Assembly (NCBI GenBank): GCA_963823665.1 | Contig: CAWGMQ010000004.1 | Coordinates: forward strand, 2,272,001 to 2,336,000 | DNA length: 64,000 nt | From: an uncultured Planctomycetota bacterium | GTDB taxonomy: Bacteria; Planctomycetota; Planctomycetia; Isosphaerales; Isosphaeraceae | Direction of reading: 5' to 3' | Part shown: piece by piece, positions 62,567 to 64,000 of the stretch | How the letters are laid out: the number at the start of each line of letters is the position of its first letter | Position numbering within the stretch: position 1 is the stretch's first letter | Made by a program: the position numbers and the translations under genes | Notes under the pieces: generated by a model | The model's input: only the letters and a program-made list of their open reading frames with translations | Told to the model about the DNA's origin: nothing | The model's database searches: none

Positions 62567-64000
62567 GTGCGCCGGACCTTTATTCTCCGGTCAATTATCG
62601 CCATCGTCTTTGTTATAGGGCTTGTACTGGCCATTGCATGGGCCGGTCCTCGCCCAATTGGTGGCGATCCCGATCTGATGTACAAGCCAATCAAGTCCGA
62701 GCTCGTGCGTTCTCTTGCCATCGGACGACTTCCATTCTGGAGTGATCGATTTGGAATTGGAATTCCACTCGTTGCAGAAAGCCATGTTGCAGCGTTCTAT
62801 CCGCCGAACTGGCTACTTTACAGCGCGTTTGGCCTGCACACTGCCTACTTACTGTCGATGTGGTTGCACTGGTTGGCGCTAGCTGTAACCACCTTCGCAT
62901 ATGCCCGCACGCTGGCGATCAGCCTGACTGGATCGGTTCTGGCTGCCGTGAGTTTCACACTGTGCGGCTTTCAGGCCGTTCATGTGATTCATGAACCGCT
63001 TAATCACTTAATGCCATATATGCCTCTCTGTCTCTTGCTTGCTCACCGCTTCATGACAAGCGGCAATCTCCTGTGGATTTCAAGCCTGGCACTTGCTTGG
63101 GGCATGCAGCTCACGCTTGGGCATTTCCAGATCCAAATGTGGACAGCGGGATTGGTGATCTTGTCTGCTTTATTACATGTAGGAACGGTCGGCAAAGGCA
63201 AATACCGTGTAATCTGGCGCACTGCCTTCCTTTGTGGAGGTCTTTTCTGGGGGTTGTTAATTGCGTGGGTTCAATTGCGGTTGACATGGGAGCTGACCAA
63301 GGTGGCCGGTTTCGAGCGGCCTCCTGAAGCTCTCGCGATTTACTCATTTCCTCCGGGTAACTGGGCTCAATTCGCTCTGCCGGAAGTTTTCCTCGGCCTG
63401 CATCAGGGAGTAACCGACAACTATTTGGCACGACAGAAAACAATCTCCGGGGAAGCCTGCGCTTACGCTGGTATTGTCGTTTGGATCTTGGCGTTCGTAG
63501 GTGCCGTGGCAAGGCCTCGGCTCGAAAACCTCAAGTTGTGGTTTGTCCTTGTTCCCCTGTCGCTTGCCTTGGCAACGATGCCAGGCTGGTGGCTCGATGG
63601 CTTTCTTCTTCTGATGAAGCTGCCAGGTCTTGGCTGGTTTCGAGCGCCGGCTCGATACACATTACTCGCCAGCCTGGGTCTTGCCTTGCTTGCCGGAAGA
63701 GGGCTCGATCATCGCGTTACTTCAAAGCGATTCCGAACGGGGTTAACCCTGGCGATTACTGCTGGAATGCTCGCCTGGTGCTGGTCAATTTACTGGACAC
63801 GGGAGCCTGAGTTCCAGGCAAGCCCGCTTGCCTCGACGCTCTTGATCCGGTTTCTATTTGCCGGTCTAACCTGGATTCTTGCTCTTGCCGCAATCATCGC
63901 CTGGCGCCAGAAGCGAGTCGGTGCCTGGGCACCACTCGGCGTTGCAACCGTCGAACTGGCTGTGCTCTTCTTCGTTGGACCGGTTGTCTGGGTTTGGTCT
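62567..64000 (+). CDS. YfhO-like GT-C membrane glycosyltransferase; truncated at the window edge and absent from the ORF track
   Basis: Hand translation from GTG 62567 is open to 64000: GRLPFWSDRFGIGIPLVAESHVAAFYPPNW, LGHFQ, LPGLGWFRAPARY; many TM segments. Confidence 0.8.
   Translation, partial: MRRTFILRSIIAIVFVIGLVLAIAWAGPRPIGGDPDLMYKPIKSELVRSLAIGRLPFWSDRFGIGIPLVAESHVAAFYPPNWLLYSAFGLHTAYLLSMWLHWLALAVTTFAYARTLAISLTGSVLAAVSFTLCGFQAVHVIHEPLNHLMPYMPLCLLLAHRFMTSGNLLWISSLALAWGMQLTLGHFQIQMWTAGLVILSALLHVGTVGKGKYRVIWRTAFLCGGLFWGLLIAWVQLRLTWELTKVAGFERPPEALAIYSFPPGNWAQFALPEVFLGLHQGVTDNYLARQKTISGEACAYAGIVVWILAFVGAVARPRLENLKLWFVLVPLSLALATMPGWWLDGFLLLMKLPGLGWFRAPARYTLLASLGLALLAGRGLDHRVTSKRFRTGLTLAITAGMLAWCWSIYWTREPEFQASPLASTLLIRFLFAGLTWILALAAIIAWRQKRVGAWAPLGVATVELAVLFFVGPVVWVWS

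Overview
Gene-dense core-chromosome window from a Planctomycetota bacterium. The taxon is inferred from the DUF1549/DUF1553 planctomycete cytochrome giant, the Tat-exported Gfo/Idh/MocA enzyme and several phylum-typical hypotheticals; Isosphaeraceae-like is a guess. About 44 CDS were found: housekeeping genes (dtd, glmU, gatCAB, tal, selD, gyrB, dciA/DUF721, dnaN, hpt, phoU, larE, guaB, cysteine desulfurase), a SWIM-SNF2 ATPase, envelope glycosylation genes (two GT4, two AsnB-like amidotransferases, a GT39-like and a YfhO-like GT-C enzyme), a TPR-heptaheme cytochrome c and two tandem vWA proteins. No rRNA, tRNA, CRISPR array or mobile element was seen. At least eight apparent single-base indels break gatB, asnB, hpt and two hypotheticals; these are most likely assembly errors. 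The main leads are: (1) tandem vWA proteins whose membrane anchors carry the TonB/TolA S-x3-H-x6-L energy-coupling motif; (2) a 1022-aa GH38-fold protein lacking its nucleophile and zinc ligands, in an operon with AhpD-like and DUF480 genes; (3) a dnaN-dciA-gyrB cluster without dnaA or recF, in a GC trough, next to an AT-rich spacer with a repeated NTRTCAACC motif (candidate oriC); (4) orphan larE (three-cysteine Fe-S type) and orphan selD. All family assignments come from motif recognition by eye; no searches were run.
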